NCBI GenBank assembly: GCA_963677595.1
Contig: OY782041.1
Span: 4,192,001 to 4,256,000 of the forward strand
Length of the DNA: 64,000 nucleotides
Source: Spirochaetia bacterium
GTDB lineage: Bacteria > Spirochaetota > Spirochaetia > CAKZLE01
Direction of reading: 5' to 3'
In this document: one piece after another, positions 30,705 through 39,577 of the stretch
How positions within the stretch are numbered: the stretch's first letter is position 1
Layout: each line of letters opens with the position of its first letter
Made by a program: the position numbers and the translations under genes
Notes under the pieces: model-generated
Databases searched by the model: none
Seen by the model: the letters and a program-made list of their open reading frames with translations, nothing else
What the model was told of the DNA's origin: nothing

Positions 30705-31877
30705 ATGAATATAGATTTTACCTACAGGAACCCGACCACGATCTATTTCGGAAAAGACAGCATCGGGAACCTCAATGCCGAACTGGCGAATTACGGGGAT
30801 ACCATACTGCTCGCATATGGGAAGGGTTCCATCAAGAAGATGGGATTATATGATGAGGTCATCACCATACTCACCTCATGCGGCAAGAAGGTCGTAGAAC
30901 TTGACGGTATCATGCCGAACCCGACATATGAGAAAGTAGAAGAAGGCGCACGGCTGGTCAGGGACAACGACGTTGACCTGATCCTGGCTGTCGGCGGGGG
31001 GTCAGTCATCGACTGCGCGAAGGCGATCTCCGTATCGGCTTACTGCGATGATGACCCATGGACGAAGTACTGGCTGCAGTTCCTTCCGGTTACCCACAGG
31101 ATCATTCCGGTGGGGTCGATCCTCACCCTTGCAGGGACTGGCTCGGAGATGAACGGCGGATCGGTGATCACCCATGAAGCCATGAAGCTGAAGATGGGAA
31201 GGGTCTTCCCTGCAGAGATGAACCCCAGGTTCTCGATCCTGAACCCGGAATTCACTTTCTCGCTGCCGACATACCAGATGGCAAGCGGGATCTTTGACAT
31301 GATGTCCCACCTCATGGAGGTCTACTTCTCCGGTGATGATGATGTCACCAGTGACTACCTCATCGAGGGGCTGCTGAAGTCAATCATCCACAGTGCGAAG
31401 GTCGCTTTAGAAGATCCCCGCGACTATGAGGCAAGAAGCAACCTGATGTGGAGCTCGACCCTGGCGATGAACCCGATCATGGGACTCAGCAAGCCCTCTG
31501 ACTGGCAGGTCCATATGATCGAGCACCAGCTCGGTGCCTACACGGATTGTGCCCACGGCATGGGTCTGGCCGCGATATCGCTCCCCTACTACCGTGCGAT
31601 CTGTGAAGACGGCCTCCACCGGTTCGCCAGGTTCGCATCCCAGGTCTGGGGGATCGATACCACCGGCATGACTGACGAGGCCGCAGCATATGCCGGTATC
31701 GATGCACTGGAGTCCTTCTGCAGGGAGTGCGGCATCATACTCAGCCTGAAGGAACTCGGGGCGACAGAGGAGATGCTGCCGCTCATCGCGAACTCAACGG
31801 TCATCCTCGGCAGCTATAGGAAACTGGACGCTGGGGAGATCCTCTCAGTCCTGGAGACGGCTTATGACGCCGAATAA
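30705..31877 (+). CDS. iron-containing alcohol dehydrogenase (BdhA/YqhD-like)
   Basis: AVGGGSVID, GTGSEMN, HMIEH, HGMGLA. Confidence 0.92.
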   Translation: MNIDFTYRNPTTIYFGKDSIGNLNAELANYGDTILLAYGKGSIKKMGLYDEVITILTSCGKKVVELDGIMPNPTYEKVEEGARLVRDNDVDLILAVGGGSVIDCAKAISVSAYCDDDPWTKYWLQFLPVTHRIIPVGSILTLAGTGSEMNGGSVITHEAMKLKMGRVFPAEMNPRFSILNPEFTFSLPTYQMASGIFDMMSHLMEVYFSGDDDVTSDYLIEGLLKSIIHSAKVALEDPRDYEARSNLMWSSTLAMNPIMGLSKPSDWQVHMIEHQLGAYTDCAHGMGLAAISLPYYRAICEDGLHRFARFASQVWGIDTTGMTDEAAAYAGIDALESFCRECGIILSLKELGATEEMLPLIANSTVILGSYRKLDAGEILSVLETAYDAE

Positions 31878-31911
31878 CATCACAGACAAGAACGTATACA
31901 GGAGGATAATC

Positions 31912-32418
31912 ATGCGATACCTGAAGACAGCGGTGCTGCTACTCGTACTGCTTGCATCAACCTTGATCGTAACAGCCTGTTCAACGGAGAAGCAAGCAGT
32001 GGAAACACAACAACTCAACAGCACTCTTGGGAATGAAAGCCGGGAAGTGGCCCCTGACGGGACCCCTATCATCCTGGAGATGAACGGGACAGAAGTCAGG
32101 GCAGTCCTGAACGACACGCTGACAGCGAAAGAGTTCATGAAGCTGCTGCCTTACTCCGTCACGGTTTCCCGTGCAGCAGATGACCTCTGCGGATCGGTTC
32201 GGGAAGAACTCCCTTCCGACCCGACTGAGGGACAGAAGAGCTGGGAACTCGGGGAGATCGGATGGTTCGGAGGGTGGTTCACCATCCTCGTCGATCATGA
32301 GGAACGATTCTCCAACATGCCGGGAGTCATGATCATCGGCAAGGTCGTTGATGCGGACATGGACACCGTAACAGCGTTTACCGGCAGGGTGGACATCACC
32401 GTCAGGCTGGCTGAATAA
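31912..32418 (+). CDS. cyclophilin-like fold lipoprotein
   Basis: VTAC lipobox; AVLNDTLTAKEF..LLP, GEIGW, IIGKV. Confidence 0.72.
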   Translation: MRYLKTAVLLLVLLASTLIVTACSTEKQAVETQQLNSTLGNESREVAPDGTPIILEMNGTEVRAVLNDTLTAKEFMKLLPYSVTVSRAADDLCGSVREELPSDPTEGQKSWELGEIGWFGGWFTILVDHEERFSNMPGVMIIGKVVDADMDTVTAFTGRVDITVRLAE

Positions 32419-32452
32419 CGGCTGGGAAACCCGCTGCCGACAAGGAGTGAAG

Positions 32453-33436
32453 ATGAACCGGATGATAACGATGATTAGCACGTTCTTTCTCTGTCTCACT
32501 GTCGCCTTGTCGGCGCAGGGGACTGCGGAGACAGTTCCTGTAGATCCAATAGACAAGCGGGATACATTCAAGGCCATCCCAACGGGATATGAGGACAGCA
32601 TGAAAGACGGTGGGGTCATCGAGCGGGTAGATTATACGATCCCCATCGATGGGAAGCCTGTTGATACACATGCATATATCTACCTTCCCGAAGACTATAC
32701 AGAAGAACGTGACAGGCAGTACGACATCCTGTACCTCATGCATGGAGGCGGGGGCCGGGCTGAGACATTCTTCAGCGGTACCGGCAGGTCTACTGCACTG
32801 AAGAACCTGCTTGATCACATGATCGCGACTGAGGAACTCAACCCGCTCATCGTGGTCACCCCGACCTACTACATCCCGGGCAGCTCTGACGATGCATCCC
32901 TGGTACGGGAGTTCCAGGCAGAACTCGTCGAACACCTGATGCCGGCTGTGGAAGGGACCTATCATACCTACGCACCATCGCCTGATAGAGCTGGATTCGA
33001 GGCTTCCCGGGCTCACCGGGCCTTCGGGGGCTTCTCCATGGGGGCTGTCACCACCTGGTACACGTTCATCCACAACCTGGACTATTTCAGCTATTTCCTA
33101 CCGATGAGCGGGGACAGCTGGTCTGTAGAGATGATGGGCGGACTCTCAAGGACTACTGAGACCGTGGACGCCCTGCAGGAAACGGCAGGATCATCTAAGT
33201 ACGGAGCTGCAGGGTTCTTCATCTACGCCGTTACCGGGACGAACGACATCGCCTATGAGAACATGACTGCCCAACTGGAAGAGATGGCTGAACGGAGTGA
33301 GACCTTCTCCTTCGGGACAGACCCGGAGAAGGATAATCTATACTACATGGCTGTAGATGGGGCATATCATACCTACTCGGCCATGAATGACTATCTTTAC
33401 CATACACTGCCCTATGTCTTTCAAACGAAAGAATAG
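32453..33436 (+). CDS. exported alpha/beta hydrolase (esterase)
   Basis: YLMHGGG, GFSMG nucleophile motif, signal peptide. Confidence 0.85.
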   Translation: MNRMITMISTFFLCLTVALSAQGTAETVPVDPIDKRDTFKAIPTGYEDSMKDGGVIERVDYTIPIDGKPVDTHAYIYLPEDYTEERDRQYDILYLMHGGGGRAETFFSGTGRSTALKNLLDHMIATEELNPLIVVTPTYYIPGSSDDASLVREFQAELVEHLMPAVEGTYHTYAPSPDRAGFEASRAHRAFGGFSMGAVTTWYTFIHNLDYFSYFLPMSGDSWSVEMMGGLSRTTETVDALQETAGSSKYGAAGFFIYAVTGTNDIAYENMTAQLEEMAERSETFSFGTDPEKDNLYYMAVDGAYHTYSAMNDYLYHTLPYVFQTKE

Positions 33437-33460
33437 CATAGTATCTATCAAGGAGTTGTC

Positions 33461-34531
33461 ATGAAAAAGCGATCTACCATCTGGTTCACTGCCAGTCTGA
33501 TTCTGATATCAGTCTGTGTCGTCACCCCCACTACCCTGTTCGCCGCAGGGAGTCAGGAAGTCCCCGAGACGACAGAGACCGATTCACCCCCGACTGCCAT
33601 AGAGCCCCACTCAGGACACATCGACCTGACGACTCTTGAGCACAGGACGCAGGATGTGTCGGCTCCTGTCGTCCTGATGACCGAAGATATCAGTCCGGAA
33701 GGACTGATGGCGATCTATGAAGCCCTGGGACGCTCTGCTTCCGGGAATGTCGCGATCAAGCTCCATACAGGAGAGGGTGAGAACAGCAACAACCTCGAGC
33801 CGGCTTTCATCAAGGACCTCGTTGATGAGGTGGATGGGACCATCGTCGAGTGCAACACAGCCTACGGCGGCGCACGGGCGAGTACAGCGCTGCACCTGCA
33901 GGTCGTAGAGGATCGCGGTTATACGGCTATCGCCGAAGTGGACATCATGGATGCTGACGGAGGGATCGAGATCCCGGTGACCGGCGGGAAATGGCTGACG
34001 ACCAATCAGGTCGGCAAGAATTTCGTCAATTACGACTTCTTCATCCTGCTTTCTCACTTCAAGGGGCATATGATGGGAGGTTTCGGCGGAGCCCTGAAGA
34101 ACATGTCTATCGGTATCGCTTCATCAGAGGGGAAGTCACTGATCCATACCGCGGGAAAAGAGCGGACCGGCATCGGTTTCAGGACCCCGGTCGATGACTT
34201 TACCGAGAGTATGGCAGAGGCTGCAAAATCGGTATCTGATTATCTTGACCATGGGGAGGGCATCCTCTATATCAACGTCGTGAACAGGATCTCGGTAGAC
34301 TGCGACTGTGTCGCCAACCCTGCTGAGCCTGATATGCACGATATCGGGATCCTGGCCTCCCTGGACCCGGTAGCCCTCGACCAGGCTTGCGTGGACCTCA
34401 TCTATGCAGCCCCGGACGGAGCTTCCGTGATCGCGAGGATCGAGTCGAGGAACGGCACCCATATATTGGAGCATGCTCAAACCATCGGCTTCGGTTCCCG
34501 GGAATACCGACTTGTAGGCATCGATGGCTGA
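33461..34531 (+). CDS. DUF362 domain protein, exported
   Basis: VAIKLHTGE, ECNTAY, SHFKGH..GFGGALKN, DCDC, DPVALDQAC. Confidence 0.87.
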   Translation: MKKRSTIWFTASLILISVCVVTPTTLFAAGSQEVPETTETDSPPTAIEPHSGHIDLTTLEHRTQDVSAPVVLMTEDISPEGLMAIYEALGRSASGNVAIKLHTGEGENSNNLEPAFIKDLVDEVDGTIVECNTAYGGARASTALHLQVVEDRGYTAIAEVDIMDADGGIEIPVTGGKWLTTNQVGKNFVNYDFFILLSHFKGHMMGGFGGALKNMSIGIASSEGKSLIHTAGKERTGIGFRTPVDDFTESMAEAAKSVSDYLDHGEGILYINVVNRISVDCDCVANPAEPDMHDIGILASLDPVALDQACVDLIYAAPDGASVIARIESRNGTHILEHAQTIGFGSREYRLVGIDG

Positions 34532-35432
34532 TATCCTCCATCGGGAGTTCGTATACCTCTGGTTCTATTTCACCGTACTCTTCGAGCAGATCTTCCGGTA
34601 CTGGGTGGTCGGCATCCTGATCGGTTCGGTCATCTCAGTATTCGGGAAGAAGAGGATCACCGAGTGGTTCGGCTCCCTGCAGGGCAGACCGATCGGGCTT
34701 TTAGGAATCCTCCCGGCAAGCATCCTGGGAATCCTGTCCCCCCTGTGCATGTACGGGACGATACCCATCGCCGCCTCCTTCTCCCGGGCCGGGATGAAGG
34801 ATGACTGGCTCGCAGCCTTCATGATGGGCTCTATCCTCCTCAACCCGCAGCTGCTGATCTACAGTGCCGTCCTGGGAACCACAGCCTTGGCTGTTCGCTT
34901 CATCTCTGCACTGCTCGGTGGTATCGCGGCAGGACTGCTCATCCATGTGTTCTACACAAGAAAAGAAAGGGATTTCTTCAGCTTCGAGGGGCTGCAGGAA
35001 CCCGGCAGCCGCGACACGGCATCCAATCCCTTCATCCGGCTGTTGAAGAACATCCTCCGGAATATCAGGGCTACCGGTCCCTACTTACTGCTCGGGATCA
35101 CTCTCACTGCAGCCTTTCAGCGGTATGTCCCGAACGACCTGGTAGCAAGCCTATTCGGGGCCAACGAGGCGTTCGGAGTCCTTACCGCGGCCGCCCTGGG
35201 AGTCCCGCTGTATGCCTGCGGAGGGGGAACGATCCCCCTCCTGTATGACTGGATGCTGCAGGGGATGAGCATGGGATCGGCTGCCTCCTTCATGATCAGC
35301 GGCCCGGCAACGAAGCTCACCAACCTCGGGGCCCTGAAGGTCATCCTCGGCTCCCGGCGGTTCCTCCTGTATATCGTCTTCGTGATAGCCTTCGCGTTCT
35401 CAATCGGTACGTTCGTGAACCTGGCAGTTTAA
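34524..35432 (+). CDS. permease (DUF318/ArsP-like)
   Basis: SPLCMYGTIP and PLYACGGGTIP motifs; multiple TM helices. Confidence 0.85.
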   Translation: MADILHREFVYLWFYFTVLFEQIFRYWVVGILIGSVISVFGKKRITEWFGSLQGRPIGLLGILPASILGILSPLCMYGTIPIAASFSRAGMKDDWLAAFMMGSILLNPQLLIYSAVLGTTALAVRFISALLGGIAAGLLIHVFYTRKERDFFSFEGLQEPGSRDTASNPFIRLLKNILRNIRATGPYLLLGITLTAAFQRYVPNDLVASLFGANEAFGVLTAAALGVPLYACGGGTIPLLYDWMLQGMSMGSAASFMISGPATKLTNLGALKVILGSRRFLLYIVFVIAFAFSIGTFVNLAV

Positions 35433-35486
35433 ACCACGGGAGTGAATAGTTTTTGATTATTCAGGTATTCCTGATATACTATATAC

Positions 35487-35729
35487 ATGCAAAAGATGCA
35501 GATTCTCCTTCCAGAACCACAATTATCCAAGCTTAGGCGTATAGCCGAACGCCAGGGTCGACCTGTCAGCGAGCTGATCAGGAACGCTGTAGATCTCTGG
35601 CTCTCCCAGTACCCAACTGAGCTCCCTTCCAGAACAGCGGTATCTGCCCCTGTCTACAGCTGCGGCAGGATCCTGAGCAGTTCAGAATTCTTGAGAGAAG
35701 CTGCGTATCGTGACCGGGATGACGTGTAG
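35487..35729 (+). CDS. CopG/ribbon-helix-helix protein (probable antitoxin)
   Basis: MQKMQILLPE...LRRIAERQGRPVSELIRNAVD; TATACT -10 six bases before the ATG. Confidence 0.8.
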   Translation: MQKMQILLPEPQLSKLRRIAERQGRPVSELIRNAVDLWLSQYPTELPSRTAVSAPVYSCGRILSSSEFLREAAYRDRDDV

Positions 35730-35760
35730 GAAGGGCCTTGATACCAACTTCCTGCTCCAC
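35719..35760 (+). pseudogene. truncated PIN-domain (VapC-like) toxin N-terminus
   Basis: MTCRKGLDTNFLLH overlaps the RHH gene end; LDTN motif; sequence then becomes promoter DNA. Confidence 0.55.
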
Positions 35761-35831
35761 AACTATCACACAGCAGATATATATTGTGCACCTATTCCCA
35801 TGTTTTCTCGTATAATATGTATTTATCACGG

Positions 35832-35892
35832 AAGAATAGGCAAGCTTTATGATGGAATAGATATTCCTTTCTCCCCTCCGTTCCACTATATT
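35832..35892 (+). promoter_or_regulatory. conserved activator-type promoter motif, copy 3
   Basis: AAGAATAGGCAA-N16-GATATTC-N20-TATATT. Confidence 0.7.
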
Positions 35893-35971
35893 CTTGATAT
35901 ACACTGGCAGGGACCGGCAATGATGCCGTGGCCTGCTGGTACAGGAACACAAACCATAGAGAGGTATACCT

Positions 35972-36406
35972 ATGAAGTATATGGATAAAGCAGAGTTCGA
36001 GAAGGTCAACATGTTCGGCACCGGTATGCCGAATGAGATGTTCGCCAAGTATTTTATCGGGGATTCCTACCTGAATCTCCTGGTCAAGCCGGGTGAGACC
36101 CCCCTGTTTTTGGCAAACGTCACTTTCGAGCCGGGTTGCAGGAACAACTGGCATGTGCACCATGCAGCTAGCGGCGGTGGCCAGATGCTCATCTGCACGG
36201 CAGGGGAAGGCTGGTACCAGGAAGAAGGCAAGGATCCGGTCAGCCTGGCTGAAGGGTCTTTCATCTACATCCCTACAGGGGTCAAACACTGGCACGGAGC
36301 TAAGGCAGACAGCTGGTTCAGCCATATCTCGCTTGAGGTCCCAGGAAGGGAGACACGCAACGAGTGGCTCGAGCCGGTAGCAGACGATTACTACAGTTCA
36401 CTATAA
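35972..36406 (+). CDS. cupin domain protein
   Basis: NVTFEPGCRNNWHVH, GGQMLI, GVKHWHGA. Confidence 0.9.
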   Translation: MKYMDKAEFEKVNMFGTGMPNEMFAKYFIGDSYLNLLVKPGETPLFLANVTFEPGCRNNWHVHHAASGGGQMLICTAGEGWYQEEGKDPVSLAEGSFIYIPTGVKHWHGAKADSWFSHISLEVPGRETRNEWLEPVADDYYSSL

Positions 36407-36433
36407 CGAAATAGATACACAGGAGACACAGAA

Positions 36434-37303
36434 ATGGTATTAAAAGAGACCTATACACTGTCCAATGGGGTCGAGATCCCCAAGCTTGGACTCGGGACAT
36501 GGTTCATCAGTGATGAGGATGCTGCACAGGCAGTACAGGATGCCGTCGGGATCGGTTACCGCCATATCGACACTGCCCAGGCATACGGCAATGAACGAGG
36601 GGTCGGAGAAGGATTCAGGACTTGCGGCATCGACCGAAAGGAACTGTTCGTGACCACGAAACTGGCTGCGGAGGTCAAGTCCTATGAGGCTGCTGTCGCA
36701 TCCATTGACAGTTCACTTGCTGCATTAGGTCTCGACTACATCGATCTGATGATCATTCACAGCCCCCAGCCGTGGATGGAGTACGGAGCGGATGAGGATC
36801 GATGCCTCGAGGGCAACCGGGAGGCCTGGAGAGCGCTGGAAGATGCCTACAAGGCAGGGAAACTCAGATCTATCGGTGTATCGAACTTCCTGCCGGAAGA
36901 CCTGGAGAACATCCTCTCCTCCTGCACGGTGAAGCCGATGGTCAACCAGGTGCTGGCCCATATCAGCAACACGCCGAAAGAGCTGATCGCATACTGCGAA
37001 GGAGAGGGCATCCTGGTCGAGGCATATTCACCGGTAGCACATGGGGAACTCATGAAGAACCAGGTGGTCGCAAAGATGGCAAGTACGTACGGGGTATCCA
37101 TCCCGCAGCTCTCTATCCGCTACTGCATCGACCTCGGGCTGCTCCCGCTGCCTAAGACAGCCAACCCTGACCATATGAAGAACAATGCTGATCTTGACTT
37201 CACGATCTCCGCAGAAGACCTGGAAAGCTTGAAGAACATCGGGCAGATCGAGAACTACGGGGCTGCAAGCATGTTCCCGGTATACGGCGGGAAACTGAAA
37301 TAG
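36434..37303 (+). CDS. aldo/keto reductase (paralog of 28759..29667)
   Basis: LGLGTW, IDTAQAY, TTK, IIHSP, IGVSNF, PLPKT. Confidence 0.94.
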   Translation: MVLKETYTLSNGVEIPKLGLGTWFISDEDAAQAVQDAVGIGYRHIDTAQAYGNERGVGEGFRTCGIDRKELFVTTKLAAEVKSYEAAVASIDSSLAALGLDYIDLMIIHSPQPWMEYGADEDRCLEGNREAWRALEDAYKAGKLRSIGVSNFLPEDLENILSSCTVKPMVNQVLAHISNTPKELIAYCEGEGILVEAYSPVAHGELMKNQVVAKMASTYGVSIPQLSIRYCIDLGLLPLPKTANPDHMKNNADLDFTISAEDLESLKNIGQIENYGAASMFPVYGGKLK

Positions 37304-37324
37304 CTCAATCACGCTGGAGGGCCC

Positions 37325-37837
37325 ATGAAGCATACCAGGATCGTGAGTATCGCGGCATGCTTGCTTATCGCAGGCAGTTTCTTCCTCAGTGCCGCAGGCA
37401 CTGCAGAAGAGAGTACTGAAGTCACTGCACCGGCTGGGCAACCAGTCAGTCCGTCACATGATACAGTACGTGAAAGACAGGAGAACAGGATGAAGATCGA
37501 AGCGAACGGCCATATTTTCACGGCTTCACTAGTGGAGAACTCAACTACCAAGAAGCTCATCGGGATGTTAGGCAATGGGCCCATAACCTTAGACATGCGT
37601 GATTACGGCAACATGGAGAAGGTCGGGTGATTCGATACCGACCTGCCCCGTAATGACGAACCCATCGATACGGATGCAGGGGACCTCATCCTTTACCTGG
37701 GACGAAGGTTCGTCATCTACTACGACACCAATTCCTGGGACTTCACCCGTCTTGGGAAGATCGAGAACACGACCGGTGAGGAGCTCAAACGGATCCTCGG
37801 ACCGGGAGATGTCACAGTGACCCTGTCACTCGAGTAG
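37325..37837 (+). pseudogene. cyclophilin-like fold protein interrupted by an in-frame TGA (37628..37630)
   Basis: MRDYGNMEKVG*FDTDLPRNDE...GDLILY...FVIYYDTNSWDFTRLGKI...VTVTLSLE* in one frame. Confidence 0.85.
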
Positions 37838-37864
37838 ACAGGCAAAACATAGAGAGGTTTGTCT

Positions 37865-38353
37865 ATGGGAAAGAAGATACTCATCGCCTATTACAGCTGG
37901 TCCGGGAACACTGATTATATCGCACGGATGATCGGGAGGCAGACTGGTGGGGATCTCTTCCGCATCATACCAGTAGAGGCCTATCCTGAAGACTACAGCA
38001 GCTGCACGAAGCAGGCAAAGCAGGAGATCCGTGCCGGGTATAAGCCTGAGATCAAATCTGGTCTGCAGGACTTGGATGGGTATGACACGATCTTCATCGG
38101 CTCACCGAACTGGTGGTCCACCATCGCGCCCCCGGTACTGACCTTCTTAACAGGGAATGATCTCACAGGCAAGCAGGTCCTCCCCTTCTGTACCCATGGG
38201 GGCGGCGGAGAGGGTCACATCTTCAGGGATATCAAACAGAACTGTCTCAGTTCAGAGGTCACTGAAGGACTGGTGCTGTATGGGAGCGGGGGCAGGACGG
38301 CAGGTCAGGGTATAACTGCATGGCTGGAGCGTGAGGGGATCGAACTTCACTGA
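37865..38353 (+). CDS. flavodoxin (cytoplasmic)
   Basis: LIAYYSWSGNT, FIGSPNWW, PFCTHGGGG. Confidence 0.92.
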   Translation: MGKKILIAYYSWSGNTDYIARMIGRQTGGDLFRIIPVEAYPEDYSSCTKQAKQEIRAGYKPEIKSGLQDLDGYDTIFIGSPNWWSTIAPPVLTFLTGNDLTGKQVLPFCTHGGGGEGHIFRDIKQNCLSSEVTEGLVLYGSGGRTAGQGITAWLEREGIELH

Positions 38354-38377
38354 TACCCCCTTTTCACAGCTTCCTGT

Positions 38378-39373
38378 CTATCGTGTCGTCTCCCGCATAT
38401 AGAGCTCAGGCGTGATCATGATCTTGCGCGGTTCAGTGTCCTTCCCGTTGATCGTGTAGTCGAGGAGGTCCAGGGCGGCATGTGCCAGGCTCGGGATCTT
38501 CAGGTCGACAGAGCTCATCTTGAAACTCGATGCCAAGATGGTATTGTCATGGCTCAGCAGCGATATATCCTCGGGAACCCTCAATCCCAGGTCCCTGATC
38601 GCACTGAGGGCTCCTACCCCCATGATATCATTACAGGTAAAGATGGCATTCGGGACAAGGCCATTCGTAAGCGCCTCGGTCACCAGTGCATAAGCCTTCT
38701 CCATCCCTTTCTCCCTGTCAGCGCCCTTCACTACGATACAGTCCTGCTCCTCTGTTCTGTATCCAGCCTGTTCCATCTCCTCTTTCCAGACACGCTCTTT
38801 CAGGTCGAAGGAGAAACCGACCTCACCCCGGAGGAAGAGCTGTTTCGTCAATCCCTGGTTCAGGAGAAACCTTGCAGCCTTACGCATTCCGGCTTCCTGG
38901 TCCACCATCACCGAATTCAGGTCGAATATGTCAGGATCCGAGTGCACGATGACCAGGGGGATGCGTTCTGAAAGCTTCTCGAGGAACCCATAGTCGAACT
39001 CACCGAGCGGGGGGTCATGCAGGATGATCCCTTCGACCCCGCGGGAGAGGAGATCCGAGATACTCTTGTACTGTTCCTCATAATGGTCGCTCCTGTTCAC
39101 ATAGACGACGATGTCCTCCTGGTCGCAGCGGTTGATGACTGTTTCAGCGAACTCCATACTGAAGTAATTCGTTACACTATGCGTTACAATCGCGAATGCT
39201 TTCTGCGAAGTCGCCAGGGTCTTCTTTGTAAGATCATCGGGCATATGATTCAATTCGCGGATCGCTGTCTCTACCCGTTCTCTTGTCTCTTTCTTGACAG
39301 GCCCATTGTTGAGCACCCGCGAAACTGTTGCTGTCGAAACACCTGAAGCATCTGCTATCTCTTTTACTGTCAT
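38378..39373 (-). CDS. LacI family regulator
   Basis: TVKEIADASGVSTATVSRVLN; GLRVPEDIS. Confidence 0.94.
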   Translation of the reverse strand: MTVKEIADASGVSTATVSRVLNNGPVKKETRERVETAIRELNHMPDDLTKKTLATSQKAFAIVTHSVTNYFSMEFAETVINRCDQEDIVVYVNRSDHYEEQYKSISDLLSRGVEGIILHDPPLGEFDYGFLEKLSERIPLVIVHSDPDIFDLNSVMVDQEAGMRKAARFLLNQGLTKQLFLRGEVGFSFDLKERVWKEEMEQAGYRTEEQDCIVVKGADREKGMEKAYALVTEALTNGLVPNAIFTCNDIMGVGALSAIRDLGLRVPEDISLLSHDNTILASSFKMSSVDLKIPSLAHAALDLLDYTINGKDTEPRKIMITPELYMRETTR

Positions 39374-39459
39374 ACTATTAGCCTTTTCATTCCATTATCT
39401 TATCTTTTGCAGTTCCAATACTTGATTATCATGGCAAATGAGCATTCTGTCAAGGTTCA

Positions 39460-39516
39460 TGTAAACATTTACATCTGTGTATGTATTTTGTTACATTATT
39501 TCTGTAATTTTTTACA
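39460..39516. promoter_or_regulatory. three TGTA-N6-TACA palindromes (putative LacI operators)
   Basis: TGTAAACATTTACA 39460, TGTATTTTGTTACA 39482, TGTAATTTTTTACA 39503. Confidence 0.65.
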
Positions 39517-39577
39517 TTTTATCCTTTACAAATACAAAATTCCGTTCTATCATGAAACAACAGTAAGGGAGATTCGA

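Noticed and set aside
35710-35988. 92-aa ORF as a complete toxin
   Set aside because: Only the first ~14 codons look PIN-like; the rest reads through AT-rich promoter DNA.
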